The translations under genes were made by a program, and so were the position numbers. This document shows, piece after piece, positions 15,626 to 25,960 of a stretch of DNA of 26,213 nucleotides (positions within the stretch are counted from its first letter, which is position 1; each line of letters begins with the position of its first letter). The stretch spans positions 1-26,213 of the forward strand of contig JBDRNU010000023.1 of the NCBI GenBank assembly GCA_043810775.1. Reading direction: 5' to 3'. The DNA is from an archaeon. GTDB lineage: Archaea > Nanobdellota > Nanobdellia > Pacearchaeales > GW2011-AR1. The notes below the pieces were generated by a model, which saw only the letters and a list, made by a program, of their open reading frames with translations, ran no database searches and had not been told where the DNA came from.

Positions 15626-16561
15626 TTATTTTTTCTTTTTCAGTTTTTCTTCAGCCTCTTTAATCCTAAGCTTTTCTGTAAGCTCTAAACGGTCAATTAG
15701 TTCTTTATATCTGTTTCTAATTGTCACTTCTGTTATTCCTGCAACGTCAGCAACTTCTCTTTGTGTTTTCTTTTCGTCATTGATTAGGGCTGCAACATAT
15801 AATGCAGCAGCTGCAATTCCTGCTGGTCCTCTTCCAGAAGTTAGTTCAGATATATCTGCTTTTTTTAAGATTCTAAGAGCTTCATTTTGTGTTTTTGGGG
15901 AGAGATGCAAGATTGAGGCAAATCTTGAGATATAATCTTTAGGGCTTGAAGGAGTTACTTTAATATTAAGTTTTCTTACTATAAACCTGTAGGTTCTTCC
16001 GATTTCTTTTCTTTCTACATCAGAAGCATTTGCAATTTCATCCAGAGTTCTAGGGATATTGTAAGATCGGCAGGCTGCGTAGATGCACGCGGCAATTACT
16101 GATTCCATTGAACGACCTCTGACTAGACCTCGCTGAAGCACATAATTATAAACTCTTGAAGATTCGTCTCTTACTACTGTTGGCAGATTCAAGAAACTGG
16201 CAACTCTTCTAAGTTCAGCCATAGCTAATCTTAAATTTCTTTCAATACTAGTAGAAACTCGCTCTTGCCACTTTTTTAGCCTTAGAAATTTACGAGTCTG
16301 GCCTGTTTCGAGTTTATAAATATCAGAAATCTCGCCTACATTAGTTGTAAGGCCTTTGTCGAATTTTTGCATGCTCATTGGAGCTCCACCACGACCTTTT
16401 TTCTCGCTTTTATCAAACTGTCCGTGTGGGTCTTGACCAGTATCTACCATCTTTTCTTCTACTACTAGGCCACAATCATTACAGATAACCTCTCCCCTTT
16501 GCTCATCATAAGTAAGATGAATACTGTTGCATTCAGGGCATCTTTTTATATAAGCATTCAT
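15626..16561 (-). CDS. tfb: Transcription initiation factor IIB (TFB)
   Basis: CPEC...GEVICNDCGLV zinc ribbon, ERNL-x-x-A, RGRS, and cyclin repeats with GRGPAGIAAAA and TQREVA-x-x-AG-x-TEVTIRNRYKEL. Confidence 0.98.
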   Translation of the reverse strand: MNAYIKRCPECNSIHLTYDEQRGEVICNDCGLVVEEKMVDTGQDPHGQFDKSEKKGRGGAPMSMQKFDKGLTTNVGEISDIYKLETGQTRKFLRLKKWQERVSTSIERNLRLAMAELRRVASFLNLPTVVRDESSRVYNYVLQRGLVRGRSMESVIAACIYAACRSYNIPRTLDEIANASDVERKEIGRTYRFIVRKLNIKVTPSSPKDYISRFASILHLSPKTQNEALRILKKADISELTSGRGPAGIAAAALYVAALINDEKKTQREVADVAGITEVTIRNRYKELIDRLELTEKLRIKEAEEKLKKKK

Positions 16562-16642
16562 TTTAGCAAGTTTTATAAATTTAATCCTTTAGCTTTTATA
16601 AAGCTTTCTGTGTCACTTAGAAAAAGTCAATATAAGAGACTT

Positions 16643-17008
16643 TTATTCTATTAAAACTGCGTTTACCTGTCCTTCTTGACTCGGGCGATTTGTGACTCTT
16701 GCTTTACCAAGCTCTGTGTCAATTATTGAACCTTTTGTAAGAATATTCTGCCTTGCCAAGAAACGATTAGAAGGAGTTTCAAGAACTGTTTTTATCTTAG
16801 ATTTTTTGACTTTTTTATCTTTGCATAGAATATTTGCTGTGTCAGCTGATAGTAAAACTACTTTTTTATTGCCCCCTCTTAGCCTCAGGGTTTTTCTTTT
16901 AAGCTTTCCTATTTTTATTACTCTGGCAACTCTAGTTGCTGAGTAAAATTTTTTCTTTTTTTGCTTGTGATAACGACCACCAGAAGCTTTTCGCCCGTAT
17001 TTTGCCAT
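16643..17008 (-). CDS. rps8e: 30S ribosomal protein S8e (eS8)
   Basis: GRK-x-SGGR...RGGN-x-K...NILTKGSII-x-T-x-x-G-x-ARVTNRPSQEGQVNAVL. Confidence 0.97.
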   Translation of the reverse strand: MAKYGRKASGGRYHKQKKKKFYSATRVARVIKIGKLKRKTLRLRGGNKKVVLLSADTANILCKDKKVKKSKIKTVLETPSNRFLARQNILTKGSIIDTELGKARVTNRPSQEGQVNAVLIE

Positions 17009-17143
17009 TTTTCTTAGATATAGTTCAGGTTTTTGCTTTAAAAATCTTCCTATGTAAAGTAAATCAAAGATTCTTGAGGCTATCTAACACCTTTTGGAAT
17101 AGCTTTTAGATACATTTAAAAACTAAAAAGAAGAGTTAAAGTC

Positions 17144-17398
17144 ATGGTTAACGGTATTGAGAGACCTCTTGATCTTTTGAATAGTTCAAAAGGAAAGGAA
17201 GTCTTGGTGCAGTTGAAGAATGACAAGCAGTTAGTAGGGACTTTACTAGCATTTGACATACATATTAATGTGGTAATGGATAATGCTAAGGAGATGCAGA
17301 ATAATGAAGTTAGGAGAAATATAGGCTTGACTTTCTTAAGAGGAGATACAATTATCTTTATATCACCTGCATCTACTGCTTCAGAGAAAAAAGAGTAA
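17144..17398 (+). CDS. Sm/Lsm-like RNA-binding protein (SmAP)
   Basis: ERPLDLL, Sm1 motif (V-x-LK...G-x-L-x-x-FD-x-H-x-N-x-V), Sm2 motif (LRGD-x-I-x-x-ISP). Confidence 0.95.
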   Translation: MVNGIERPLDLLNSSKGKEVLVQLKNDKQLVGTLLAFDIHINVVMDNAKEMQNNEVRRNIGLTFLRGDTIIFISPASTASEKKE

Positions 17399-17459
17399 GT
17401 GCGTTTGCCTATTTAATTTCGCACGGGCTTGCTTCTTTGTTTTTAATCTTAGATGGAGC

Positions 17460-17948
17460 TTAGAATTCTTGATATTGGAAAGAAAGTGAATTGTATTCTT
17501 CAGTGTCATATGCACAAACTCCTTTTTCGTGCCACAGTACAAATTCTTTTATTCCCACATCAAGAGCTAGCTTGCTGCAGTGTGTGCAGTAGGGCTTGCC
17601 AGCTTTGGCAATTTGATTGTTTTTATCAAGACGGATAAAATATAGTGTTGAATTTTTAAGCTTTTGAGGATTTTTAACTAGGGCCTGCATTATAGCTCTT
17701 TGTTCTGCGTGAACACAGCAGGTTTTATCTGCAACTTTTTTATGGAATTCATCTTTATTTTTATGGCATTGCCTCTGTGACTCTTTTTCAGCTGGAGGAG
17801 AGTTAAAGCCCTCCCCTATGATTTCATCATTTTTGATAATTATGCTTCCACACTTCCCGCGCAAGCAGGTAGAACTCAGAGCTATCTTAACTGCCTGATT
17901 TATATAATCAATAGCTTTTTTTTCTTCAGCATCTGACAGATATTTCAT
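17460..17948 (-). CDS. Zn-dependent deaminase, dCMP deaminase/ComEB-like
   Basis: A-x-x-STC, G-x-N-x-PP, HAEQ-x-AI and P-Y-C-x-x-C motifs. ATG 17948 is preferred over TTG 17963. Confidence 0.85.
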   Translation of the reverse strand: MKYLSDAEEKKAIDYINQAVKIALSSTCLRGKCGSIIIKNDEIIGEGFNSPPAEKESQRQCHKNKDEFHKKVADKTCCVHAEQRAIMQALVKNPQKLKNSTLYFIRLDKNNQIAKAGKPYCTHCSKLALDVGIKEFVLWHEKGVCAYDTEEYNSLSFQYQEF

Positions 17949-17952
17949 AGCA

Positions 17953-18855
17953 TTAAATCTCAATAGACATTAGGTCGTGAGCTATTTTTACATTGTTAAA
18001 TACTTTTTTAGCTTCTTGAAGGATAGCTGATTCATTATTTTCATATCTTTGAGAAAGATGACTTAAAATCAAGGATTTTGATTTTGATTTTTTTGCTATT
18101 TCTGCTGCTTGCTTGGCTGTGAGGTGCTTATGTTCTCGGGCAAGGGCTTCTCCATTTTCTGAATTAGCAAGAAAAGTTGATTCTGTAATAAGCAAGTCTG
18201 AATTACTGGCAATTTTTAGTGCAGAGGGATTCATTAGTGTATCCATTATAAATGTAATTTTTCTGCCTTTCTGCAAGTAGGTTAGGTCTGAAGCTTTTAT
18301 TTTTTTACCCTGCCAAGTAATATCTTTGCCTTGAGCTAGCTGGGAAATTATTTTCCCTTGCAATTTATATTTTTTTACCTTGGATTTGTCTATTCTTAGC
18401 TTAGGTTTTTCTATAAAGGTATAAGCATTGCAGGGAGTTCCGTGAGACATTGCTTCTGCTTCAATGTAAAAATCCTTAGTATCAAGAAACTTTCCTGAAA
18501 CTTCGTGAATTTCTACTTTTACTTTTTCCTTGAATACAAACATCTTGTAAATCAGATTAAATCTGAGCTTTGTGCCTTTTGGGCCGTAGACATGAAGTGT
18601 TCTATTATAGTTATTCAGGGCAAGAGTTTGCAGTAATCCTGGCAATCCAAGAATATGATCGCCATGCCAGTGTGTAATAAGTATCCTAGTTAGTTTACAA
18701 GGATTTAACTTGGCTTTTCTGAATTGTCTCTGAGTGCCTTCTCCACAGTCAACTAGGATTTTTTCAGAGCCATAGCTAAGTAAAATGCTGGTATGATTAC
18801 GTTTTGCAGTTGGAATAGCCTGAGCTGTTCCAAGAAATGTAATTGGGATTTTCAT
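17953..18855 (-). CDS. rnz: Ribonuclease Z (tRNA 3' processing)
   Basis: FLGT...PT-x-x-RN, DCGEGTQ, THWHGDHILGL, flexible exosite arm, DT, ESTF, HLT and HLSQRY motifs. Confidence 0.96.
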   Translation of the reverse strand: MKIPITFLGTAQAIPTAKRNHTSILLSYGSEKILVDCGEGTQRQFRKAKLNPCKLTRILITHWHGDHILGLPGLLQTLALNNYNRTLHVYGPKGTKLRFNLIYKMFVFKEKVKVEIHEVSGKFLDTKDFYIEAEAMSHGTPCNAYTFIEKPKLRIDKSKVKKYKLQGKIISQLAQGKDITWQGKKIKASDLTYLQKGRKITFIMDTLMNPSALKIASNSDLLITESTFLANSENGEALAREHKHLTAKQAAEIAKKSKSKSLILSHLSQRYENNESAILQEAKKVFNNVKIAHDLMSIEI

Positions 18856-18911
18856 TTTCCCTTATATTAGGAAATAACAATATTTAAAAATATGTTTTTA
18901 TTTAGTCTTAG

Positions 18912-21900
18912 ATGAAGAAAAGAGGAATTTTGGTATTTGTTATTATATATTTTGTCGTATTAGTTTATGCAGGAAGTTTTCAGGATTTGATTCAAAGTGA
19001 TTTTTCTGGGAATTATAATAATACTTTCTACAATACTTCTGGATTTATCCAGGTGGGGAATAATTCTCTTGCGAATATTACCAATGATATAACTGAGATG
19101 AGTGGAAGTGAGCTTGGTTTAGTTTCTTATTGGAGAATGAATTCAAGCTCTTGGAGTGGAAGTTCTGAAGAAGTTATTGATGTTCTTGGAAATAATCATG
19201 GAACAGCAAGAAATGGAGCAACCACTGCTAGTGGATTGTTTGGAAATGCAGGAAGTTTTGACGGAACTAATGATTATATTGATGTGGGAAATTCTAATTC
19301 AGTGAGAATAACTCAGAATATAACTTTATCAGCTTGGATAAAATTTAATTCAATACCTACTGGAACTAATGGGGATTCAATTATATGCAAGAATGAGGGT
19401 GGAGGATATGGATTGCTAGCTAATGAGGCAAGTGATGGAAAAATACAGACTTATTTTCATATTGGTGGAAGTTATAAAAATGTTGGTGTAAGTTTAAGTG
19501 GATTATCTGCTGGCACCTGGTATTATGTTGTTGTAACTTATAATGGCAGTTCAGTTGATTTTTACTTAAATGGAGTAAGGCAGCAGACTGTTGCTGCTAG
19601 TGGAAGCATATCTGATTTGCCTACTGTAAACTTGACAATTGGTGCAAATCCAGCTCCAACTATTGCAACTTATACTAACTTTTTTGATGGATTAATAGAT
19701 GAAGCTGCTGTATGGAATGAAGCTTTGAATTCAAGCGAAATTCTTAGGTTATATCAAAAAGGAAATACTTCTTCCCAGCAGGAATCTCAGCCAACAACTG
19801 GAACATATGAATCTTCAATAAAAGATGCAGGAAGCATTGTAAATTGGACTAATATTTCTTGGAATGGTTTAACACAACAGGAAAATCAGGGAATTACAAC
19901 TCAACAAGGAAATGTTTTGTTAATGCATTTAGAAGGAAATGCAAATGATGAAAATGGAATAAACAATGGAATGCTAATAAATTCTCCTACAAGTGTAGCT
20001 GGAAAGAGTGGGTTTGGATATTATCTAAATGGAGTTAATCAGTATATTGAGATTAATGATCATAATAGTCTAGATTTGAATTCTGATTTTTCTATAGGAT
20101 TATGGGTTAATTTTACTAGTTTGCCATCTACAGGACAGTGGCAGGGACTAATGGCAAAGGGAGGAGCAGGAGATAGCCCGGCTGATTTAAATCATAATTT
20201 TTTCCTGACTTTAGATAACAATATGGGGTGGGGGGCTGGAATAGGGACAACTTGGGGTTATGAAGATAGTGCTGGAGCTAATTATCAGACAAGGTATCAG
20301 TGGACTCCTGTACTTGGAGTTTGGTATCATATTGTAGGTGTTTTTAATGAGAGTGCAAATACAATGACTCTTTATATAAATGGAAGCCAGGTAGCTCAGG
20401 CTAGTGATGCAACTGCTATTCCTATTACAAATACTCATCCTGTATTTATTGGAAGAAATTTAAATGGCTCTACACCTGTTTATTATTTAAATGCGGTTGT
20501 AGATGACGCTTTTATAGCAAATAAATCTCTAGGAGCAAGTGAAATTCAGAGCATTTACACTAATAGCAATACAGTTACTTCAAATGTTAATTTGCAGTTA
20601 AGGATAAGCAGTGATAATTCTTCTTGGAGTGATTATTCAAGTTTTTATAATTCTGCTTCTAATTTAAATTTAAGTAGTTCAAGATATGTACAGTATAGGG
20701 CTTACTTTACAGAAGCAAGCGCTAAATTATATAATGTCAGTTTTTTTTATGATTCTTTAGGAGAGTTGAGTGTTTCTTTAGACAGTCCAGAAGATAATTA
20801 TTTAACTAATCAGTATAATAATATAAATATCACCTGTTCTGCTTCTTCGACTTCACAGCTTGTCAATGTAACTGCTTATTATGATAAGTTTGGCTGGCAG
20901 GAAGTTGAGCCAGCAAGACAGATTTCAGGGACAAGCAATACATCAACTTTCACTTTAAATGAAATTTCTTCTGCAATAAAGTGGAACTGTTATTTTTGCA
21001 GTGCTGATGGGAATTGTTCCTTTGCTTCTAATAATAGGACAATAATAGGGGATATTCAGGCACCGACGATAAATATAGTTTCTCCAGAAGAGAATCACAT
21101 AAGCTCGAGCTTAGGTGCAGATTTTATTTTTAATGTAAGTGATAATAGGGCTACAAGTTTGTCTTGCATATTAATAATAAGTAATATTGAAAAAGCAAGC
21201 AACTCAAGTGTAGTTTCAGGCTTGAATACTATTTTATCTGCTATCTTATCTAATGGAAATTACTCTTGGCAAGTAAACTGTTCTGATGGAATTAATTCAG
21301 CCATAAGTGAAGCAAGAAATATAAGCCTAGCTTCAACTTATACTCCTTTTTGGGCAAAGTCAAATACACATACTCATACTACAAATTCTGATGGAGATAG
21401 CAGCCCTGCAACTGTGGTAAGCTTGTATAAAAATTTAGGATATAGCATATTGGCAATAACTGACCACGGATATGTAACAAATTGCACACCTTTTACTAAT
21501 TTAAGTGCTAATTTTATTTGTGTCAGTTCTGAAGAGTGGACTTCAACGAAGCATATCACTAGGATAAATGTAAGTTCGCCTTATAATAATAATATCATTA
21601 ATATGCAAAATGCTGTAAATGCTGCAAATAGTGGGGGGGGATTTGCAATTGCTGCTCATCCTAATTGGAGTTCAACAATATGGAGTGTTTCTGATTTAAC
21701 TTCTTTGCAAGACTATACTGCTATGGAAATTTATAATAAGGTTATTGAAAGGTTAACTCCAGATCCTTATGCTGTTAAAAAGTGGGATGAGGTATTAAAA
21801 ACCGGGAAAAAAATATTTGGTGTTGCTGCAGATGATATGCACCAGGTTAGTGTTGATTTAGGATATGGATGGACTAAAGTTTATATGCCTCAATTTACAA

Positions 21901-24104
21901 AACAAGATTATATAAATTCAATGAGGATAGGATATTTTTATTCAAGCCAGGGACCTAGTATGGATATAGGACCTTTTGCTTTAGTTTGTGATGAAGATGG
22001 AGGGCATCATATGGGGGAAAGTGTGAACTGTTCTTCTATTAGTGTAAATGCCACAATTTCTGCGACTAATTCAAGCTATAAAATTCAGAATATAAGTTTG
22101 ATTAAAAATGGAGTTGCAATAAGCACAAAAACAGACTGTGCTTCAGAGCAGGACTGCAGTTTTAGTTATTCTGAAAATGTTTCTGCTTCTGGCTATTATA
22201 GGTTGGAGGCAGTGGATAGTAAAAATAAACAGATTTGGAGCAATCCTATATGGGTCACAAAAATAGCTCTTCAAACAACAATAACTATACATTCCCTTCA
22301 AAATAATTCAAATACAAGTGATTATACTCGTTTGTTAAATGTGAGCTTAAATCAAGAAGCTAGTTTATGGTATAATCTAAACGGGGGGAATAACATAACT
22401 TTATGTGGAAGCTGTTCTGCTTACCAAGAGTACTTAACTTTAAGGGAGGGAAGTAATACAATTAATGTTTTTTCAAATAATTCTGATAATATCTTAGTTA
22501 AAAATCAATTGTTAATTAGATTAAATTTTAATAAAACTTTATTTGAAAATTTCTCAGATAATTCTTCAATACTATCAACAAGCAATATTTACTGGAATAA
22601 TAATAAGATGAGTATGAATAGTACAAATATGTTCGGCAACTTTGTTTTTAAAGATATTATTAGTTCAAATAATATTACTGGTTTTAGAGTTTCATGGGTT
22701 GAGAATAATACTGAAAATGCAAAAGGAGAGGGGCAAAGAGTTCCAGTAATTTTAAAATATAAGTTTGGAGATTCTGCTTGGCAGAGTACGGATCCTATTG
22801 GAAATTATATTGTTAATGGATCTAGTATTTCTGGACTAAACTCGAAGAATCTTTCACTTATGATTGATATTGAGAAAAATGATTTTACTCCTGTTGACCT
22901 AATTAATTTTACTATTCATTGGAGTGAGTATACAGTACCTTTAATCACAAATGTTTCAGCTAGTTCTGTTACTTTGAGTTCAGTAATTATAAGATGGAAT
23001 ACTGATTCTCCTTCTAATTCAAGTGTTTATTACGGGACTACAACTTCTTTGGGCAGTGAAATAAATTCAAATAATTCACTAACTTCCCATTCTATTACTT
23101 TAACTGGTTTGAGTCCTTCAACAGGTTATTTTTACAAGGTTCAAAGCTGTACTGAATCAAGCTGTTCACGAGATCCTCAGGAATCTTATCCCCCATATTC
23201 TTTTACAACCCAATCTGTTTCTACTGGAGACGATGACGATTCCGGAAGCAGTGGAGTTAGCTCTGGTGGAGGGGGTGGAGGAGGAGCTGTTCCTGCAATT
23301 AGTCAGGAAGGGGGATTAAAGCTTTTAGTATCTTTAGTTAGTGAGGTTACAATGAGGGCTGGCGAGAAAAAAGCAATTTCAGCTAATATCAAGAATATGG
23401 GGGGCACTTTTCTTAATGACTGCAGGCTGAAAATAAGCGGGGAAACTGCGACTTGGATATCTTCGAACTCGGTTGAGAGTATGGCTCAGGGCCAGGAAAT
23501 TAGCTTTCAGTTTTTAATAAGTGTTCCGAGTGATGCTGATGAAAAGAAGTATAATTCTTATTTGAAAGTTGATTGCAAGGAGGGGGAGAAAGAAGTAAGT
23601 TTTAATATTAATGTTATTCAGAGTTCTTTTAGTATTGAAATTAATAGTTTATCTGAGGATAAAGGCAGAATAACTATTAAATATTTGCTGAAGGAGAATT
23701 CTGGATTAGACCAAGATTTGGAAATTAAATTATGGTTGACAGATCCAAAAGGCACTAAGCTAACTGAAGGAAGTGATAGTGTAAGTTTGAAAGCTGGTGA
23801 ACAGATTGAAAGAGAAGCTATTTTTGAAGTTCCTCCAAATTCAATTGGAGAATTTATAGCTCATATTCAAGCAGTTTCTGGTGATAATTCTAATTTAGTA
23901 TCAGAGTCTATTTTAGTTGGTAGTGGGGGCTTAACTGGAAGAGCTATATTGGGTGGAGGCAATACCACTATCTTGTCAGTTATCTTTATAATAGGTATTG
24001 GAGGATTTCTTGCATATTTTGTTTTAAGGAAAATAATGAAAAATACTGCTAAACAAGATAGAACAGGTTATGTAAAATTAAAATTAGGAAAGAGAAAACA
24101 CTAA
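18912..24104 (+). CDS. Membrane-anchored multidomain surface protein: 2x LamG/concanavalin-like, Ig-like, PHP metallohydrolase, FN3-like, Gly linker, Ig/CARDB-like, C-terminal TM
   Basis: MKKRG signal peptide. LamG patterns (FDG-x-x-DYI...W...WY-x-V...Y-x-NG...F-x-G-x-IDE) at ~19110-19770 and ~19910-20560. PHP motifs HTHT-x-x-SDG, ITDH, AHP, E-x-YN and DDMH at ~21350-21950. FN3-like W-x-TD...H-x-I-x-LTGL-x-P-x-T-x-Y at ~22935-23210. Many N-x-S/T sequons. Confidence 0.85.
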   Translation: MKKRGILVFVIIYFVVLVYAGSFQDLIQSDFSGNYNNTFYNTSGFIQVGNNSLANITNDITEMSGSELGLVSYWRMNSSSWSGSSEEVIDVLGNNHGTARNGATTASGLFGNAGSFDGTNDYIDVGNSNSVRITQNITLSAWIKFNSIPTGTNGDSIICKNEGGGYGLLANEASDGKIQTYFHIGGSYKNVGVSLSGLSAGTWYYVVVTYNGSSVDFYLNGVRQQTVAASGSISDLPTVNLTIGANPAPTIATYTNFFDGLIDEAAVWNEALNSSEILRLYQKGNTSSQQESQPTTGTYESSIKDAGSIVNWTNISWNGLTQQENQGITTQQGNVLLMHLEGNANDENGINNGMLINSPTSVAGKSGFGYYLNGVNQYIEINDHNSLDLNSDFSIGLWVNFTSLPSTGQWQGLMAKGGAGDSPADLNHNFFLTLDNNMGWGAGIGTTWGYEDSAGANYQTRYQWTPVLGVWYHIVGVFNESANTMTLYINGSQVAQASDATAIPITNTHPVFIGRNLNGSTPVYYLNAVVDDAFIANKSLGASEIQSIYTNSNTVTSNVNLQLRISSDNSSWSDYSSFYNSASNLNLSSSRYVQYRAYFTEASAKLYNVSFFYDSLGELSVSLDSPEDNYLTNQYNNINITCSASSTSQLVNVTAYYDKFGWQEVEPARQISGTSNTSTFTLNEISSAIKWNCYFCSADGNCSFASNNRTIIGDIQAPTINIVSPEENHISSSLGADFIFNVSDNRATSLSCILIISNIEKASNSSVVSGLNTILSAILSNGNYSWQVNCSDGINSAISEARNISLASTYTPFWAKSNTHTHTTNSDGDSSPATVVSLYKNLGYSILAITDHGYVTNCTPFTNLSANFICVSSEEWTSTKHITRINVSSPYNNNIINMQNAVNAANSGGGFAIAAHPNWSSTIWSVSDLTSLQDYTAMEIYNKVIERLTPDPYAVKKWDEVLKTGKKIFGVAADDMHQVSVDLGYGWTKVYMPQFTKQDYINSMRIGYFYSSQGPSMDIGPFALVCDEDGGHHMGESVNCSSISVNATISATNSSYKIQNISLIKNGVAISTKTDCASEQDCSFSYSENVSASGYYRLEAVDSKNKQIWSNPIWVTKIALQTTITIHSLQNNSNTSDYTRLLNVSLNQEASLWYNLNGGNNITLCGSCSAYQEYLTLREGSNTINVFSNNSDNILVKNQLLIRLNFNKTLFENFSDNSSILSTSNIYWNNNKMSMNSTNMFGNFVFKDIISSNNITGFRVSWVENNTENAKGEGQRVPVILKYKFGDSAWQSTDPIGNYIVNGSSISGLNSKNLSLMIDIEKNDFTPVDLINFTIHWSEYTVPLITNVSASSVTLSSVIIRWNTDSPSNSSVYYGTTTSLGSEINSNNSLTSHSITLTGLSPSTGYFYKVQSCTESSCSRDPQESYPPYSFTTQSVSTGDDDDSGSSGVSSGGGGGGGAVPAISQEGGLKLLVSLVSEVTMRAGEKKAISANIKNMGGTFLNDCRLKISGETATWISSNSVESMAQGQEISFQFLISVPSDADEKKYNSYLKVDCKEGEKEVSFNINVIQSSFSIEINSLSEDKGRITIKYLLKENSGLDQDLEIKLWLTDPKGTKLTEGSDSVSLKAGEQIEREAIFEVPPNSIGEFIAHIQAVSGDNSNLVSESILVGSGGLTGRAILGGGNTTILSVIFIIGIGGFLAYFVLRKIMKNTAKQDRTGYVKLKLGKRKH

Positions 24105-25348
24105 ACTTCTTCAAGAGCGTCTTCTATAATATCTTTAGGCCAGTTTTTTGAAAGTAGAATCTTTTTTATCTGACTTTTTGAGTACCCTTTACTCATTGCT
24201 GACTTTACATAAGGATTTAGTTTTGAAACATATTTTGATTTAGCCCTAGCTTGGGGCATTGTTCCTAACAATTCCTTATATTTTTCTTTAGGTTTTGAAA
24301 TTGCCAGCTTTGGCAAGGTTTCCTTTTTAACTTGAGGTTTTATTTCTTCAACTCTTTCAACTGGCTTATAGCTTGCTTCTTTTATAGATTTGGAAGAAGA
24401 TTCGGTTCTTCCTTTAATTTCATATTCTGTTCTGACTCTTGATTTAAATGGTTTTTTGAATATTCTTGCAATTTTTGAAATTTCTTTTTCCTGCTTTTCT
24501 ACTTTTTCTACTATTTTTCCTTTTTCAACTGGCTCTTCTTTTTCTCTTAGTTTTTTAATTCCTAATACGATTAATAATACTAGAGTAATTATTAGTGCGG
24601 CAAGGTTTTTTAATAAATCATATTTGCAATCATTGAAGCAGGAAAAGGCATTTTCTCCCAGTGATTTTTCACATATTCCATTTTCACAGTGTTTTGGTCC
24701 TTCTTTTTCTTCTTCACAGTCCAAGTCATCTTGGCATTTTTCACAGTAGTCAAGTATTTCAATCCACTGGCCAATATCATTACACCATTTATTAATACTT
24801 AGATTGCATGCTCCTGGAATACAATCCATACCAAAAGGGAGGGTAATATTTTGAGTAGTGTTCTGGTCTGTTACATTTTTCTTTACTGAAGGGGGAAAGT
24901 CTGAACCTCCTCCACCTCCATCATCTCCTCCAGAATCATCTCCGGAATCGTCATCAGAATCATCATTTCCGACAGGAACACTAACTGCGAATGTAACTTT
25001 TTCAAAATTATTTATCAGATTTACTGAATTATTACACCAGTATTTAACAGTATATTGCCCATTTGCAAGAGTGGTTGCATATCCAAAACTAGTTACATTA
25101 TTCCTCTCCATTGTAACATTATTAATCCAATCATCTAAAGTATACATACAAAAGCTCAGGTTTTCATTACTTGTAATATTAAAATTTATATTTGAAACTG
25201 AGTAAGTTTGATTTAGTGTTGAAATAATAGTTAGTTGAAGGTCAATAATAGTTACAGAGACATTAACATCCACAGTTTGCCCTTTTATTTCAGGGCTAGC
25301 AGCTAAAATTATAAATAAGAAAAATATAATAAACCACTCTTTTTTCAT
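24101..25348 (-). CDS. Type I membrane protein: Ig-like ectodomain, Asp/Gly linker, Cys-rich module, TM, Lys-rich cytoplasmic tail with terminal helical domain
   Basis: Signal peptide; DDDSGDDSGGDDGGGGG linker; C-x-NG-x-CE-x-x-x-GE-x-x-x-x-C-x-x-DC; TM LAALIITLVLLIVLGI; C-terminal YV-x-x-x-x-x-KGYS-x-x-QI-x-x-x-L-x-x-x-x-W. Confidence 0.8.
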   Translation of the reverse strand: MKKEWFIIFFLFIILAASPEIKGQTVDVNVSVTIIDLQLTIISTLNQTYSVSNINFNITSNENLSFCMYTLDDWINNVTMERNNVTSFGYATTLANGQYTVKYWCNNSVNLINNFEKVTFAVSVPVGNDDSDDDSGDDSGGDDGGGGGSDFPPSVKKNVTDQNTTQNITLPFGMDCIPGACNLSINKWCNDIGQWIEILDYCEKCQDDLDCEEEKEGPKHCENGICEKSLGENAFSCFNDCKYDLLKNLAALIITLVLLIVLGIKKLREKEEPVEKGKIVEKVEKQEKEISKIARIFKKPFKSRVRTEYEIKGRTESSSKSIKEASYKPVERVEEIKPQVKKETLPKLAISKPKEKYKELLGTMPQARAKSKYVSKLNPYVKSAMSKGYSKSQIKKILLSKNWPKDIIEDALEEV

Positions 25349-25382
25349 AGAAAATATAAAAAAAACAATTATTTAAAGTTAT

Positions 25383-25958
25383 TTACTTCTTTTTTGCAGA
25401 TTTCTTCTCTGGTTTTACTTGGACTTTTCCTTTGCTTTTCAGTGCTTTAACTATTATCACTATAATTATTATAATTATAATGATAGCTATTATCCATGTT
25501 ATTAGTGTGGACATGTCGATTGTTGATTCAGGTTCAGGTTCTACTACAAGAACTTTGAAACTTACAACATTAGACATTACTACTGAGACTACTCCTGCAC
25601 TTTTTTCCACTACTTCAGTAAGTTCTAGGTCTACCATATATTCCTGCCCAGCTGTTGCTGTTACTGGAATTGTTACTGTTACTGGAAGAATTGTATCTTT
25701 TGTACCCTTCAAAACCAAAACTTCTGACTCAGAAACACTTGCAATTTCCGAGGTATCTGTAAGTGTTATTCTTACTTTGATGTCGTCTTCACTAATCAAG
25801 TTTTGTAGTTCATAGTTTACTGTTCCTGTTTGGCCAGCACTTAGTTTTAGAGGATTTTCAACTGAATAGGGTTTTACTATTCCTATGTTAGCTGTCACTA
25901 TAGTTGTCAAAGCCATTATTACAAATAAAAATCCAAGTGTTAAATTTATTTTTTTCAT
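25383..25958 (-). CDS. Single Ig-like-domain membrane-anchored surface protein
   Basis: Signal peptide, beta-rich ~120-aa domain, poly-Ile TM helix, Lys-rich tail. Confidence 0.8.
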   Translation of the reverse strand: MKKINLTLGFLFVIMALTTIVTANIGIVKPYSVENPLKLSAGQTGTVNYELQNLISEDDIKVRITLTDTSEIASVSESEVLVLKGTKDTILPVTVTIPVTATAGQEYMVDLELTEVVEKSAGVVSVVMSNVVSFKVLVVEPEPESTIDMSTLITWIIAIIIIIIIIVIIVKALKSKGKVQVKPEKKSAKKK

Positions 25959-25960
25959 TT

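Noticed and set aside
17399-17429. H-type pseudoknot (GUGCG/CGCAC plus GCCU/GGGC)
   Set aside because: It would need a zero-length loop 3, which is topologically implausible. Kept only as a simple hairpin.
23230-23290. GGA/GGT and GAT/GAC-rich runs (also 24900-24965 and the ATT/ATA run at 25450-25500)
   Set aside because: They simply encode Gly/Asp linkers and a poly-Ile TM helix, and are not independent repeats.
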